From NCBI GenBank assembly GCA_963980225.1, contig CAXBYW010000001.1, forward strand, positions 35,301 through 99,300: a DNA stretch of 64,000 nt, written 5' to 3'. Below the pieces are notes generated by a model, which ran no database searches, was not told where the DNA came from, and saw nothing but the letters and a program-made list of their open reading frames with translations. Positions 17,457-27,900 of the stretch are shown here, one piece after another (positions within the stretch are counted from its first letter, which is position 1; every line of letters begins with the position of its first letter). Origin of the DNA: an uncultured bacterium (GTDB lineage Bacteria; Patescibacteriota; Microgenomatia; UBA1400; MFAQ01). A program made the translations under genes and the position numbers.

Positions 17457-17782
17457 GTATTCAAATAATCTCAATTTCTTTTGCTGGATTTATGCTTTAC
17501 ATAACTTTTTTACACAGCAAGAGAGGTAGTCTAAATAAGATAGAGTTTTATTCATGGGTTTTTCTATGGCTAGCTTTTATTTACTTTGCTCTTTTCCCCA
17601 AAGTACTAGACCCAATTTTGGCTCAACTTTTTGTTGCTCGTACAATGGATCTTCTGATGATTGCTGCCTTTATGATTTTGGCTTATCTTGGATTTCAAAA
17701 TTATATTGAAATAAAAAATTTACAAAAACAAATTAGAAGAATGGTCAGTCAAAAAGCTATCAAAAAAGCCAGTAAAAAATGA
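17438..17782 (+). CDS. Small 3-TM membrane protein with charged C-terminal tail (DUF2304-like GT2 partner)
   Basis: 114 aa with three hydrophobic helices, then NYIEIKNLQKQIRRMVSQKAIKKASKK. Overlaps the GT2 by 19 nt and the downstream ferredoxin by ATGA. Confidence 0.45.
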   Translation: MVEAFLGIQIISISFAGFMLYITFLHSKRGSLNKIEFYSWVFLWLAFIYFALFPKVLDPILAQLFVARTMDLLMIAAFMILAYLGFQNYIEIKNLQKQIRRMVSQKAIKKASKK

Positions 17783-17973
17783 AAAAAGTAATAGTAAGTA
17801 AAAACAAATGTATCGGTTGCTTTGCTTGTGAGGACGCAACGGATGGGCTATTTAAAGTAACAGACGGTCTTGCTAGAATCGACCAAAAAGCAGACTTAAA
17901 AGATCCCAAAATACAAGAAAAAATAAAACTGGCAATCGAAGTTTGCCCCACGAGAGCCATAAGTGAAGAATGA
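17779..17973 (+). CDS. Small single-cluster ferredoxin (4Fe-4S, Fer4_13-like)
   Basis: 64 aa. CIGCFAC…CP (C11, C14, C17, C56-P), the canonical CxxCxxC…CP arrangement, with the same length and layout as Thermotoga/Pyrococcus-type ferredoxins. Confidence 0.65.
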   Translation: MKKVIVSKNKCIGCFACEDATDGLFKVTDGLARIDQKADLKDPKIQEKIKLAIEVCPTRAISEE

Positions 17974-18728
17974 AGTTATCAATAATCACTCTTTCCTTTA
18001 ATCAAGCAGAGTTTTTAGAGCAAACCATCAAGTCAGTTGTCTCCCAAAACTATAAAAATATTGAGTACTTGATTTTTGACGGTGGTTCAACAGATGGGTC
18101 TGTAGAGATAATAAAAAAATACGCCAAAAAGTACCCCAAAATAATTAAATGGCAATCAAAAAAAGATAAAGGTCAAGTAGATGCCTTAAATAAAGCTCTA
18201 AAAATAGTAACAGGGGATGTTATTGCCTATATAAACTCAGATGACTATTATTTACCAGGTGTGTTTCAAAAAGTGGTTAAAACCTTCAAGAAAAATCCTA
18301 AGACAGAATGGTTAGTGGGTAATTGTCAAGTTACCGAGTCAAGATTGAAGTGGACATTTACTATTAAACATTTAATTCCAATTCATCAGGCAAAGTTTTG
18401 GTTGAATTTATTTAATTGGATAAACCAACCGGCTGTTTTTTTAAGAAAAAGTTTGTTTGATCAAGTGGGATTATTCAACCAAAAATATCATTATGCTTTT
18501 GATTACGATTATTGGCTTAGGTGTTCTAAAATGTCTCTGCCCGTTCGTTTAAAGCAGGACTTAGCAGTCTTTAGAGTACATCCAAATTCAAAGGGTTCTA
18601 GAGGTTATGATAAACAGTTTATAGAAGACTACCAAATTCATGTAGATAATAATAATAAAATAATCTGGAGAGCCTTACATTGGATATTATGGAAAATAAC
18701 CATGATAACTTATTTCTTTCTTAAATAA
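17970..18728 (+). CDS. GT2 glycosyltransferase
   Basis: LSIITLSFNQAEFLEQTIKSVVSQNY…FDGGSTDGS…INSDDYY. Confidence 0.7.
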   Translation: MKLSIITLSFNQAEFLEQTIKSVVSQNYKNIEYLIFDGGSTDGSVEIIKKYAKKYPKIIKWQSKKDKGQVDALNKALKIVTGDVIAYINSDDYYLPGVFQKVVKTFKKNPKTEWLVGNCQVTESRLKWTFTIKHLIPIHQAKFWLNLFNWINQPAVFLRKSLFDQVGLFNQKYHYAFDYDYWLRCSKMSLPVRLKQDLAVFRVHPNSKGSRGYDKQFIEDYQIHVDNNNKIIWRALHWILWKITMITYFFLK

Positions 18729-18805
18729 GTATAGTCTAGATTTTCATCAGTAATTATAATTTTTTGTGGCTACGAACCAGCAAATTATTCAGTATAATGC
18801 ACAAT

Positions 18806-19564
18806 ATGTCGAAAAGCATGAATGAAGGATTACTTGAAAAATTTAATAAAGTAGAACAGATCCATTGGTGGTGGGAAGGAAGAAAAGAAATCTTGAAGCA
18901 ATTTATTGGTAAATCAAGACCTAAGAAAATTCTAGACGTCGGGTGTGGTACAGGAGAAACACTTTCATTTCTCCAAGATACCTATCCAAACACTCAACTT
19001 TTCGGCATCGATTCCTCAAATAAAGCAATAAGTTTTTCAAAAAAGAGAGGTCATAAAAATATCTTTAAAGCGAGCGCTTTAAATCTTCCATTTGATGATA
19101 ATTATTTTGACATTGTTCTTTTTCTTGATGTCCTTGAGCACATAGGAAATGATGCAAAGGCAATAAGTGAAGCAAAAAGGGTCTTGAAAAAAAATGGAAG
19201 AATAATTTGTACAAATCCAGCCTTAAAATTTATTTGGTCAGAACACGATTCAAACCAAGGACATAAAAGAAGATATTCAAAAAAAGATGTAGTCAATCTA
19301 GCAAAAAACTCAAATTTAAAAGTCGAGAAAACAGCTTACTTTAATTTTCTTCTGAGCCCAGCAATAATCTTAATAAGATTGTTAAGTAGAGTACGTTTCT
19401 TCAAGCATTTTACGAGCTATGATAATAGTTTGAATTATGATATTGCCAACATGGGTGTGATCAACTCTATTTTAAAATTCTTATTTACCAAAGAGATACA
19501 AGCCCTAAAGTACATAAGATATCCTTTTGGTATATCAATATCTGCAGTTTTTAGAAAAGCATGA
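18806..19564 (+). CDS. Class I SAM-dependent methyltransferase
   Basis: ILDVGCGTGETLSFL (motif I) and DIVLFLDVLEHI. The start was chosen at the ATG at 18806 because TATAAT at 18793-18798 lies inside the longer ORF that starts at 18764. Confidence 0.7.
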   Translation: MSKSMNEGLLEKFNKVEQIHWWWEGRKEILKQFIGKSRPKKILDVGCGTGETLSFLQDTYPNTQLFGIDSSNKAISFSKKRGHKNIFKASALNLPFDDNYFDIVLFLDVLEHIGNDAKAISEAKRVLKKNGRIICTNPALKFIWSEHDSNQGHKRRYSKKDVVNLAKNSNLKVEKTAYFNFLLSPAIILIRLLSRVRFFKHFTSYDNSLNYDIANMGVINSILKFLFTKEIQALKYIRYPFGISISAVFRKA

Positions 19565-20322
19565 CATCCATAAAATCCAAAAATGAATTGACGGAAAAAG
19601 AACATTTCAATAAAATGGCTTCTTCATACGACACTAACTACGGATACTCGGACTCTTTTACTGAATATAAGCTTAATAAAAAAACAACAAGTTTCGTCAA
19701 CCTTATTAAGCCATACATAAAAAATAAGAAAAACCTCAAGATATTAGAAGTTGGTTGTGGGACAGGAGAGTACACAATGAGAATCGCAAAACATTTTCCA
19801 AAAACTAAAATAATAGGACTTGATATCTCAAATAACATTCTTAAGGTCGCACGCAAAAAATGTAAGACACAAAAAAATGTATCATTTACCGCACAAAGCG
19901 CCTATAAAACAAAATTGAAAAACGACTCAGTAGATGTTGTCTATGGATTTTATGCTCTACACCATTTAGATATTAAAAAATTTAAACAAGAAGCACTTAG
20001 AATTTTAAAACCAAACGGAGTAGTATATTTTTATGAACCTAACATATTAAATCCGGTTGTATTTTTGATTAAATCAAATAAATTTCTTAAAAGTAAGGTT
20101 GGGGATTCTCCAGATGAATGGGCTATTAACCCAATTGGCATCAAGAAAGAGTTCACAGGGTTTAACAAAGTAGATATTTTGATGTCAGAGTATGTTTGGC
20201 CGCTAAAATTCATACCATCAGAAGTTCTCATTTTAATTGACAAGACCATAAGTCCAATGAATAAAATTCCAGTAATAAAATATCTGGGTGGTTCTGTACA
20301 AATATTTTTTCAAAAAAAATGA
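19561..20322 (+). CDS. Class I SAM-dependent methyltransferase
   Basis: ILEVGCGTGEYTMRIAKHFP and VVYGFYALHHL. ATGA-coupled. Confidence 0.7.
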   Translation: MTSIKSKNELTEKEHFNKMASSYDTNYGYSDSFTEYKLNKKTTSFVNLIKPYIKNKKNLKILEVGCGTGEYTMRIAKHFPKTKIIGLDISNNILKVARKKCKTQKNVSFTAQSAYKTKLKNDSVDVVYGFYALHHLDIKKFKQEALRILKPNGVVYFYEPNILNPVVFLIKSNKFLKSKVGDSPDEWAINPIGIKKEFTGFNKVDILMSEYVWPLKFIPSEVLILIDKTISPMNKIPVIKYLGGSVQIFFQKK

Positions 20323-21926
20323 AACAATTCATTAAAAAAAATATTTTATTAATTGGTATTATTACCGCGGTATATTTTTTATATTCTTCAGTGTTCTTAA
20401 AACCTCACAAAATAAATAGTTTTTCTTTAGTTGATGATGGTCAAGTTTTGGTTCAAAGCTGGTCATATCTAAAAGACTGTGTTCAAAAAAAAGATTGTTC
20501 AGTTTTTGTTGATCAAACTTTCGAATTTGGTGTAAGCAGATTCAGACCTGCTTATTGGTTAATAAATAACACAATCTATAGTTTCTTCGGAGATAATGCT
20601 CAGGCCCATCATATTTTTAGGGTCTTTGCCACGGGGTATGCCACTGTTTTTCTTCTTGCACTTATACTCAGGGATTTGGGCATAAACTCGCTATTTACGT
20701 TGTTGGGTACTATTCTATTTTTTACAAATTATTCATTCACTGAAAATGTTATTCGCCTAGGAACAAACGAACCGTACCAAGTAATATTTCTCGCTATTTT
20801 TTCCTACCTTTACTTAAACAGAAAAAAATCACAGAAGAAAAGTTCAAAATCATTTATTTTCTTAACACTTCTGCTTGTGTGGACAATTTTAATAAAAGAG
20901 TCAAACATTGCCATCATACCAACACTACTATTGTTTGAATGGTATTTTTCTGGCAACAAAATACCCAAAAAAACAATGATGATGTTTTCCATACCAGCAA
21001 TAATCTTGTTATTGGGAATAGTTTATTCAAAAACACTTTTGACACAAATATCACTAGACATACCAATATACGCAAGTAACTACATGATCTCCCCATTATC
21101 TATGCTCCGAAATCTCATGTTCCATACTAAGCTTTTACTAAATTCTCTATCTCCTTTCTTGAAATTATCAATCGTTATCATCTTCGCAATCTTCATGCTA
21201 AGAAAAAAGATAAAAAATATTTTAAAGGCTCCCAAACTGTCCTACTGGTTGATTTTCACAATATCTTTTATTGGAGTTTTGCTACCATGGAGGTATGTGC
21301 TTGATAGGTATCAATTAATAGTGGTGTTTGGGTTAATTATTCTTATCATGGCTTTATTTCAAGAGTTCTACAAATATCTAAAAACAAGACTAGTTAAAAA
21401 AAACAGCTTGTTACAGAAACACATATTCAATGCGGTATCGATAATAGTGGTGGCGAATCTATTTTTTCATGGATTCCCTCTAAATCTTGCCAAAACAATC
21501 AATTATAGTAACTGGTTCTATGGTTTTAATAAATACGAGGCGGATCAAATGCAGGTTATTGCCAAATACGCAAACCAAGAGCTATATGTAAATGGTAAAG
21601 ACAATATTAATAATTGGGAGTTTCTATATGAAATACCGATTCATTTAAAATATTTATTTGGCCAAGATACAGATGTCCAAAGGATTACTGATCAAATACC
21701 ACAAAATGGTTATCTATTTTCTAAGACACCCTTTGATTCTCAGGTGGAAATCAGTGAGTTAGCTGACAAAGGTTACGAGCCAATAGACCAAAAAACATAC
21801 TCAGTTGATCGAATAGATCCGATAAAATTCAAAGAAAATTTTGTCATGAAACCGATTAGGACAGTGATAGATCCTCCACTGCACCCTGACAAGCATGTAT
21901 ATTACTGGGAGATACGAAAGCTATGA
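20319..21926 (+). CDS. Polytopic membrane protein, candidate GT-C glycosyltransferase
   Basis: 535 aa with about 11 TM helices and a soluble C-terminal domain of about 150 aa, an architecture like the ArnT/PMT-type enzymes. No confident motif match. Confidence 0.35.
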   Translation: MKQFIKKNILLIGIITAVYFLYSSVFLKPHKINSFSLVDDGQVLVQSWSYLKDCVQKKDCSVFVDQTFEFGVSRFRPAYWLINNTIYSFFGDNAQAHHIFRVFATGYATVFLLALILRDLGINSLFTLLGTILFFTNYSFTENVIRLGTNEPYQVIFLAIFSYLYLNRKKSQKKSSKSFIFLTLLLVWTILIKESNIAIIPTLLLFEWYFSGNKIPKKTMMMFSIPAIILLLGIVYSKTLLTQISLDIPIYASNYMISPLSMLRNLMFHTKLLLNSLSPFLKLSIVIIFAIFMLRKKIKNILKAPKLSYWLIFTISFIGVLLPWRYVLDRYQLIVVFGLIILIMALFQEFYKYLKTRLVKKNSLLQKHIFNAVSIIVVANLFFHGFPLNLAKTINYSNWFYGFNKYEADQMQVIAKYANQELYVNGKDNINNWEFLYEIPIHLKYLFGQDTDVQRITDQIPQNGYLFSKTPFDSQVEISELADKGYEPIDQKTYSVDRIDPIKFKENFVMKPIRTVIDPPLHPDKHVYYWEIRKL

Positions 21927-22954
21927 ACATAATTAACCGACTAGAGAAAATAATTAAGCAGCCCATGACGCTGCTTGTCACTTGGGCCGCTTTCCTTTTG
22001 TCTCCGTTACTAACGGTCCTAAGAATTGAGTACATCAAGGGCAACATTAACTTAAACTTCAGTATTCATGGAATGTCTACAGTACTATTATATCTACCAC
22101 TCTTTCTCTCCTTTTTAGCATTTGTAATTTTTACCTCTTGGTACGATGATTTTTTAAAGTCTAAATTAAGAAAAGCCCAATACGTGGTAATTTTTTTGAT
22201 AACTATTGCCAGTTTGATGTTCATTCTGTCATCTGCCAAACTTATCAACCTTGAAAAAACGTTTTATCCAAACTACGTATATGAGCATTACGGCATCATT
22301 CTTACTCACTTGAGCATAATGTCATTCATTGCAGGCTATCAAATAATTACTTCCTTAATTTTAATAATCAACAAGTTGAGCAACCTAACCTCAAGTAATA
22401 CCAGCAAGTCTATCTATGACAAAAATATTGGTCTTTTTAAAAACAGATATATAATAAAACCTTATGTTAGCGGTACTTTCCGCGGAAAAACATCATTCTT
22501 TTTATGTGTAGTAGGGTTTCTAACATTAATAATGGCAGCCTTCTACCCATTCATTAACTGGTCAAAATTGGTGGTAGAATCTCATGAAAGTTATGAGGCC
22601 AAAGTCGGTTCTAGGCACAAGTATCTTGATGCGCTTGCAACAGATACTCCAGAAGATTCCACAATCATTCATCCTCCACAAGGAGACAATTGGCCCGCAA
22701 TAGGCAACCAACCGTTAATCCGCTTCTTCCTTTTCCCAAGACCATTAGTGAGTGGTGCCTTATTTGTTGATCAAGAGTTTGCAGGGCAATTTGAATCAGC
22801 ATACTTTACTAAGATAATTGACAAAGTAAGTTGGCCAATCATTGACCTCACTAGAAAAGTTATAGTTTTTGATGAAACAACAGAGATATTCTACAAGTCA
22901 TTAAGTGTCAGCTCCATGAGTAATGGGGTCGAGATTAATAAAATTACTTTTTGA
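21923..22954 (+). CDS. Polytopic membrane protein, unknown function
   Basis: 343 aa with multiple TM helices. ATGA-coupled on both sides. Confidence 0.4.
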   Translation: MNIINRLEKIIKQPMTLLVTWAAFLLSPLLTVLRIEYIKGNINLNFSIHGMSTVLLYLPLFLSFLAFVIFTSWYDDFLKSKLRKAQYVVIFLITIASLMFILSSAKLINLEKTFYPNYVYEHYGIILTHLSIMSFIAGYQIITSLILIINKLSNLTSSNTSKSIYDKNIGLFKNRYIIKPYVSGTFRGKTSFFLCVVGFLTLIMAAFYPFINWSKLVVESHESYEAKVGSRHKYLDALATDTPEDSTIIHPPQGDNWPAIGNQPLIRFFLFPRPLVSGALFVDQEFAGQFESAYFTKIIDKVSWPIIDLTRKVIVFDETTEIFYKSLSVSSMSNGVEINKITF

Positions 22955-24249
22955 ACATGCTTGAATTTATACTCTCAACACTAATGATTATCACCATGAT
23001 CGCGGCGAAAATGTTCTTTATTTTCAATGAAGGTAGTTTTTCAAACACCGGACTTGAGGTGGTAAATTTGATAGGTTTGCTTCTGCTAATGTCGGTTGGG
23101 GTTATCGCATACATCAAATTACGCAAATCGAAAAAACACATAAAAACAAAGAAAAATCTTAGCATCACAACAATATTTTTGTTTGTCATCACGGGGCTGG
23201 TGGTGGCTTTCTCTTTGTACCTAAACTCCATCAAGATATCACTTCATTGGGATGCAATTGCACTATACGAAGCCAGAGCAAAATTCCTTGCAATAGGGAT
23301 GAAGTTTTCAGACATGTCAAATCTCTCAAGTTTTGATAATCTAAACAAGCATTATTATTTACTATATCCTCCTTTCACTTCTATAATCCACTTCCTTTGG
23401 GGTAAGCTTCTTGCTATACCGATTAGCATATATTACTCAATAACCTTAGCAACGTTACTTTTTTTGTCATTTTCAGTTTCAAGATATTCGTTAGGCACAA
23501 AAGGGGCTGCATTATTGGTCGCGCTTGTTGCTGCAAATGGGAGTATTTTTAACGTTGCAATAAAAGAATATACAAATCTTCCCTACGATCTATATCTAGT
23601 TGGTGGAATCTTATTATTACTATTGCACTTAAAAACTCACAAGTTATGGAGCTTTGCCTATGGTACTCTACTTCTTTCTACTTCTACGTGGATAAGACAT
23701 CTGGAGCCAATGTGGTTAGCTATTGTCATTGCCTATTCCATAACAATACTCTTCAAGGACAAATTCAAGCACAAAATAATTTACATATTAGTTCTTACCG
23801 GTTACTGTGTGTCAGAGTATTTTATATGGAATCACTTTGCCATAGCTGTTGGTGGTCGTCCAGAAGCAATCCCGACCTCGATATTGGGGTATGTGGAATC
23901 GGTTCTAGGCATATTTACAGGGGCACCTCTCGTTGTGGCTAAGTTGATGGTCGAGTCATGGTCTATTCCCTTTGTCATACACTCCACGGCTCTTCTTGCT
24001 GCCATTCTAAATTGGAAACACACCATAAAAGATAAGGCGATCCTATTTCTCAGTTTAATCCTGGCCATAAGCATCACATTCTACTTTGCGGGACTATATA
24101 TCTGGTCTTTTCAAGTAGATTGGTGGAACATTATCGTCAAATCACTCGATAGGTCATCTGGTTTCTTAATTCCAGTTTCTGCATACATAATCATTAAAAC
24201 GCTTTTCTTCTCAAATCTCTACTTCAAAAAAACTACTTTGAAGAAGTAA
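22951..24249 (+). CDS. Polytopic membrane protein, candidate GT-C glycosyltransferase
   Basis: 432 aa. HWDAIALYEARAKFLAIGMKF…YPPFTS resembles the GT-C first-loop D-x3-Y-x3-A … (H/Y)PP motif. Confidence 0.4.
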   Translation: MNMLEFILSTLMIITMIAAKMFFIFNEGSFSNTGLEVVNLIGLLLLMSVGVIAYIKLRKSKKHIKTKKNLSITTIFLFVITGLVVAFSLYLNSIKISLHWDAIALYEARAKFLAIGMKFSDMSNLSSFDNLNKHYYLLYPPFTSIIHFLWGKLLAIPISIYYSITLATLLFLSFSVSRYSLGTKGAALLVALVAANGSIFNVAIKEYTNLPYDLYLVGGILLLLLHLKTHKLWSFAYGTLLLSTSTWIRHLEPMWLAIVIAYSITILFKDKFKHKIIYILVLTGYCVSEYFIWNHFAIAVGGRPEAIPTSILGYVESVLGIFTGAPLVVAKLMVESWSIPFVIHSTALLAAILNWKHTIKDKAILFLSLILAISITFYFAGLYIWSFQVDWWNIIVKSLDRSSGFLIPVSAYIIIKTLFFSNLYFKKTTLKK

Positions 24250-24922
24250 TTTCCTTAAACAAATATTTTATTATCACTATTCCAAAAGGAATTGTCTTAA
24301 AATGGGTCTCTCCAGAAATGCGTGGGTTTTCTTTGGTAGGAAACTCTATCCTTTTGATATTATTTTTATATACCTTCACTACCCCATTAATATCGATTGT
24401 GGGACCATCAGTGAATGAAGGGTTAGTTTTCTTGAAAGTCTCTAAAGTCATTCCACGAAAACCATGAAGAACATCCCAAATCACATTTCCTTTTTTTCGC
24501 CACAATAAAGAAAGTAATCCTCCCAGACTTAGTACAAGCCACTTACGAAGTTTAATGAAACTATCATCATCTTCATTCTTTCCCCCCTTCATCATTCTGC
24601 TTGCAACAATAAACTGATAACCTTTTTCAAAAAATTTATGAAACTTTAATGTATCTGAAACTGGTACTGTTCCTTTCGGGTGAAAAAATATAATAGCATC
24701 CGACTTACACTTTTCTACTCCTAATATGTGTGCAGCATTAAGGCCTTTTTTAGATTGAATATGAACAGGAATTTTATTTTTTCTTAAGTACTCAATGGTG
24801 CCATCTTTACTTCCACCATCAATCGCAAAGACTTCATTGAAAGCATTTTTTTTAATCAAGGGGACATCATGTTTACATCCATCAAGCTCATTCCATGTAA
24901 TAAGACAAAGCGCAATTTTCAT
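24233..24922 (-). CDS. GT2 glycosyltransferase
   Basis: MKIALCLITWNELDG…AIDGGSKDGT. AAGGAG about 11 nt upstream of the ATG on the minus strand. Confidence 0.65.
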   Translation of the reverse strand: MKIALCLITWNELDGCKHDVPLIKKNAFNEVFAIDGGSKDGTIEYLRKNKIPVHIQSKKGLNAAHILGVEKCKSDAIIFFHPKGTVPVSDTLKFHKFFEKGYQFIVASRMMKGGKNEDDDSFIKLRKWLVLSLGGLLSLLWRKKGNVIWDVLHGFRGMTLETFKKTNPSFTDGPTIDINGVVKVYKNNIKRIEFPTKENPRISGETHFKTIPFGIVIIKYLFKEITSSK

Positions 24923-24928
24923 AATAAG

Positions 24929-27900
24929 TTAATCTCCTTTTCTAATAAATGCTTCTACAATTTCTATTCTACTAGATGGAGAAAGAATAACCTCATCAAT
25001 TTCTTGTTTCATCCAACAGTATTGGGCGCTAATCCTTACGAGATACTCTGTAGCCGTATCAGAAGGCACTAGATCAATCAGGATATTAGATTCTGGAGTT
25101 TTACAGTAGTTAATCTCAAGCTTGCCAATGGCGTCTGATTTTAATTTGAGATGAACATAATTACCTGTGGTCTTATCAAGACCATTCTCAACCAAGAGTC
25201 TTGCAGAACTACTTGCATTTATCACTGTTCGTTCATCAATAAGTGCGGCAAGTATTTTTGTATTTTCACTTGCATTCTTTTCATCAAACGTACCCCACAC
25301 ATATGGCAACTTCTTAAAATCAAACTCTTGGCTCAAAATAGTTTGAGGAAGTAGCCCATTGGCATTTAAAGCAGAGAATCTTTCTGATTTCCATAATAAA
25401 TATCCGTCTACATATCCAAGTGGAGTATAGTTGTCATAAATAAATTCATAAATTTTGTAACTTCTTATTTCATTTGGAACACCATCAATGCTATTAGCGT
25501 GTGTAATCGGTTGCCTAAAGACAACAATAGGGATTTCATTTTTATCATATGCTTTTTTAATTTTATCGAGTGAAAAATCTTGGATAACATCTGACGTCCA
25601 ATATGCACTAGGTATAAAATAATTTACGAACTTTTTATCCGTCACGACATACAACATCGGCGAGCTCGTCATGTCTAAAAACGTCTGTTCACCCTCTAAA
25701 TTATCAACTAAAAAACTAGCTATTTCTTTATATTGTGAATCATTAACTCTCACCCTACTTTCTTTGTTCTCCCAGTTATATAGATTAACAAGTCTAGTGT
25801 CTTTTAGCAATGCTGAACTTGAAGGGGAGAAAAGCTGATAGGCAAACAAAGCAACTGAAAAGAAAATCATTGCCCCTTCTTTTGAAAAAGACTTAACATA
25901 AAAAGGAATAGCCATCCCTAGGAAAATAAATAAATAAGGATTAAACCCAAGTACGAACAAGGACTGTCGTTGAACTGAACGTAAGGACATAACTAAAGAA
26001 AAAATCGCCAAGAAAAGAAGTAGATATTGGATTGATGTAAACCGGTGAAGGTTTTTTTTCAGAGCACTAACGGTGAAGAATAAGACATAAAATACACCAA
26101 TCAGTGGAAGTAAAAAATACTGGAAAATAGCCACTGGTGAATACGAGGCGGCAATGTTTATTAATCCTTGTGCTTGAGCTTGAAACTTCACAAATTCAAA
26201 CGCTTGTCCAATTAATCCAGAAAGAGACTCATTTCCTATATAGCTAGCAAAAGCTCCAAGTGAGGCGGTGAATATTCCCACGAGAAACAAAGATGATAAG
26301 ACTTGCTTAAAATTTATTACTGATACACGCTTGTCAATAAGTTTAAAAAGATTTTGAACCATGAGTATAAAAATGGCAGAAACAAAACAAGCAATTCCAA
26401 AATCGACTCTCCATGCGGTGAAAAATACACAGGCAAACCAGTAGGCAACCAACCGACGATAACTTGGTTTTTTAACGAGCCAAATAAACGAAAGGGCCAT
26501 GGCAAACGAAGACAGATAATATGTGTTTGCAAGAGACGTACTATGTCCATAAATAAAACGCGTACCTCCAAAAACACCCAGTAAAGGAAGGAAGAGTAAA
26601 GATAGTGTGGCAAAAAACGAATTAGTAAGCGAGTAAGTGACAAAATACAAAAAAACAATCTCAAAGATTTTAATGCCCCATTCCCACAACCAAGGTTCAA
26701 ACGCTTTGTAACCATTTACTACTGAGTATAAAAACTGACTAACTAAACTGGAAATGCCATGGGTGGGATAAATATTAACAAAGGGTATGCTTCCATGCGA
26801 AAAAAGTTGTTGTATTGTGATCAAGTCTTCTCCTTGGTGGAACATATCAAGATGGATGGGAATATTGATAAAGTTTTTGTATTCGTTGAATACCACAACC
26901 GAAACAATTAGTAGTGGAAAATACACGTACGAGGCAATAGGAAGTGGTCTATCTTTCCATGTGCGTTTTGTTCCTAAGAAAAACATCACTAAAGATAAAA
27001 AACTCAAAGTAGACACCGTAAAGATAGATACACCTCTAGCAGAAAAATTATATAAACCAGATAGTGAGAACTGGATTTCGTTTGAAATAGGTATTGAAAC
27101 TGGAATTAAAAGTAAGGGAATACTCGCAAACAATATACTGTTTAGGGTTGATTTTCGTTTGGCAAGCACCACCCCCTTTGTCAGTAAATAACATCCGATC
27201 CAAAAAAATACTAAAAAGATAAAATGTAAGGGAAAATATTCATATGTAAACATAAAACTACCTTTCACAAGTAACCATCTTGTGAAAAAAGGCACAAACG
27301 GAAGAATCAAACTAAGAACAATTAAGTTGTAATTATTTAATAATTTAGAAAGTATCCGGTTAGACGAATAAAACATCTTGATTCCAAGCATCACATATGT
27401 GATCGAGAACAAATATAAAAGCATGTGAAGAATGTTTACATATATCATCGCACCATTTAGATAGTGAAGAACAAACACAATTATGGAGACCAAGGAGATA
27501 GAAAAGAGCATACGCCGTTCATTTGCTAGTAACCGAGGCCCAACATACCTGGAAAGAACAATGTCAGTCTTAAAAAAGACGTAGTACAAAAAAGAAAAAA
27601 TCAAAATGAATAACGCAATTATCGAAACATACGACCAGGATCTCAATGAAATGTCTACTCCTTCAAGCACAGCGATACCAATCGTTCTTTCTGTAAAGTT
27701 TTTTAGGCTGTAATTGATGTTTTCAAATTTATATTGTATGGCCAACAAACTAAAGAGAGCACTAGATAGAGGGATCCATAAACCAGAAGCTACTTTACTA
27801 TCTCCAGAGTTTTTGGGTGGTAGTTTAAGTCCAAGGTAGGTATAAGCAGTAAAGGCAATTAAAAAAGACGAGAGTATTAATATAATCCCATTAACATCCA

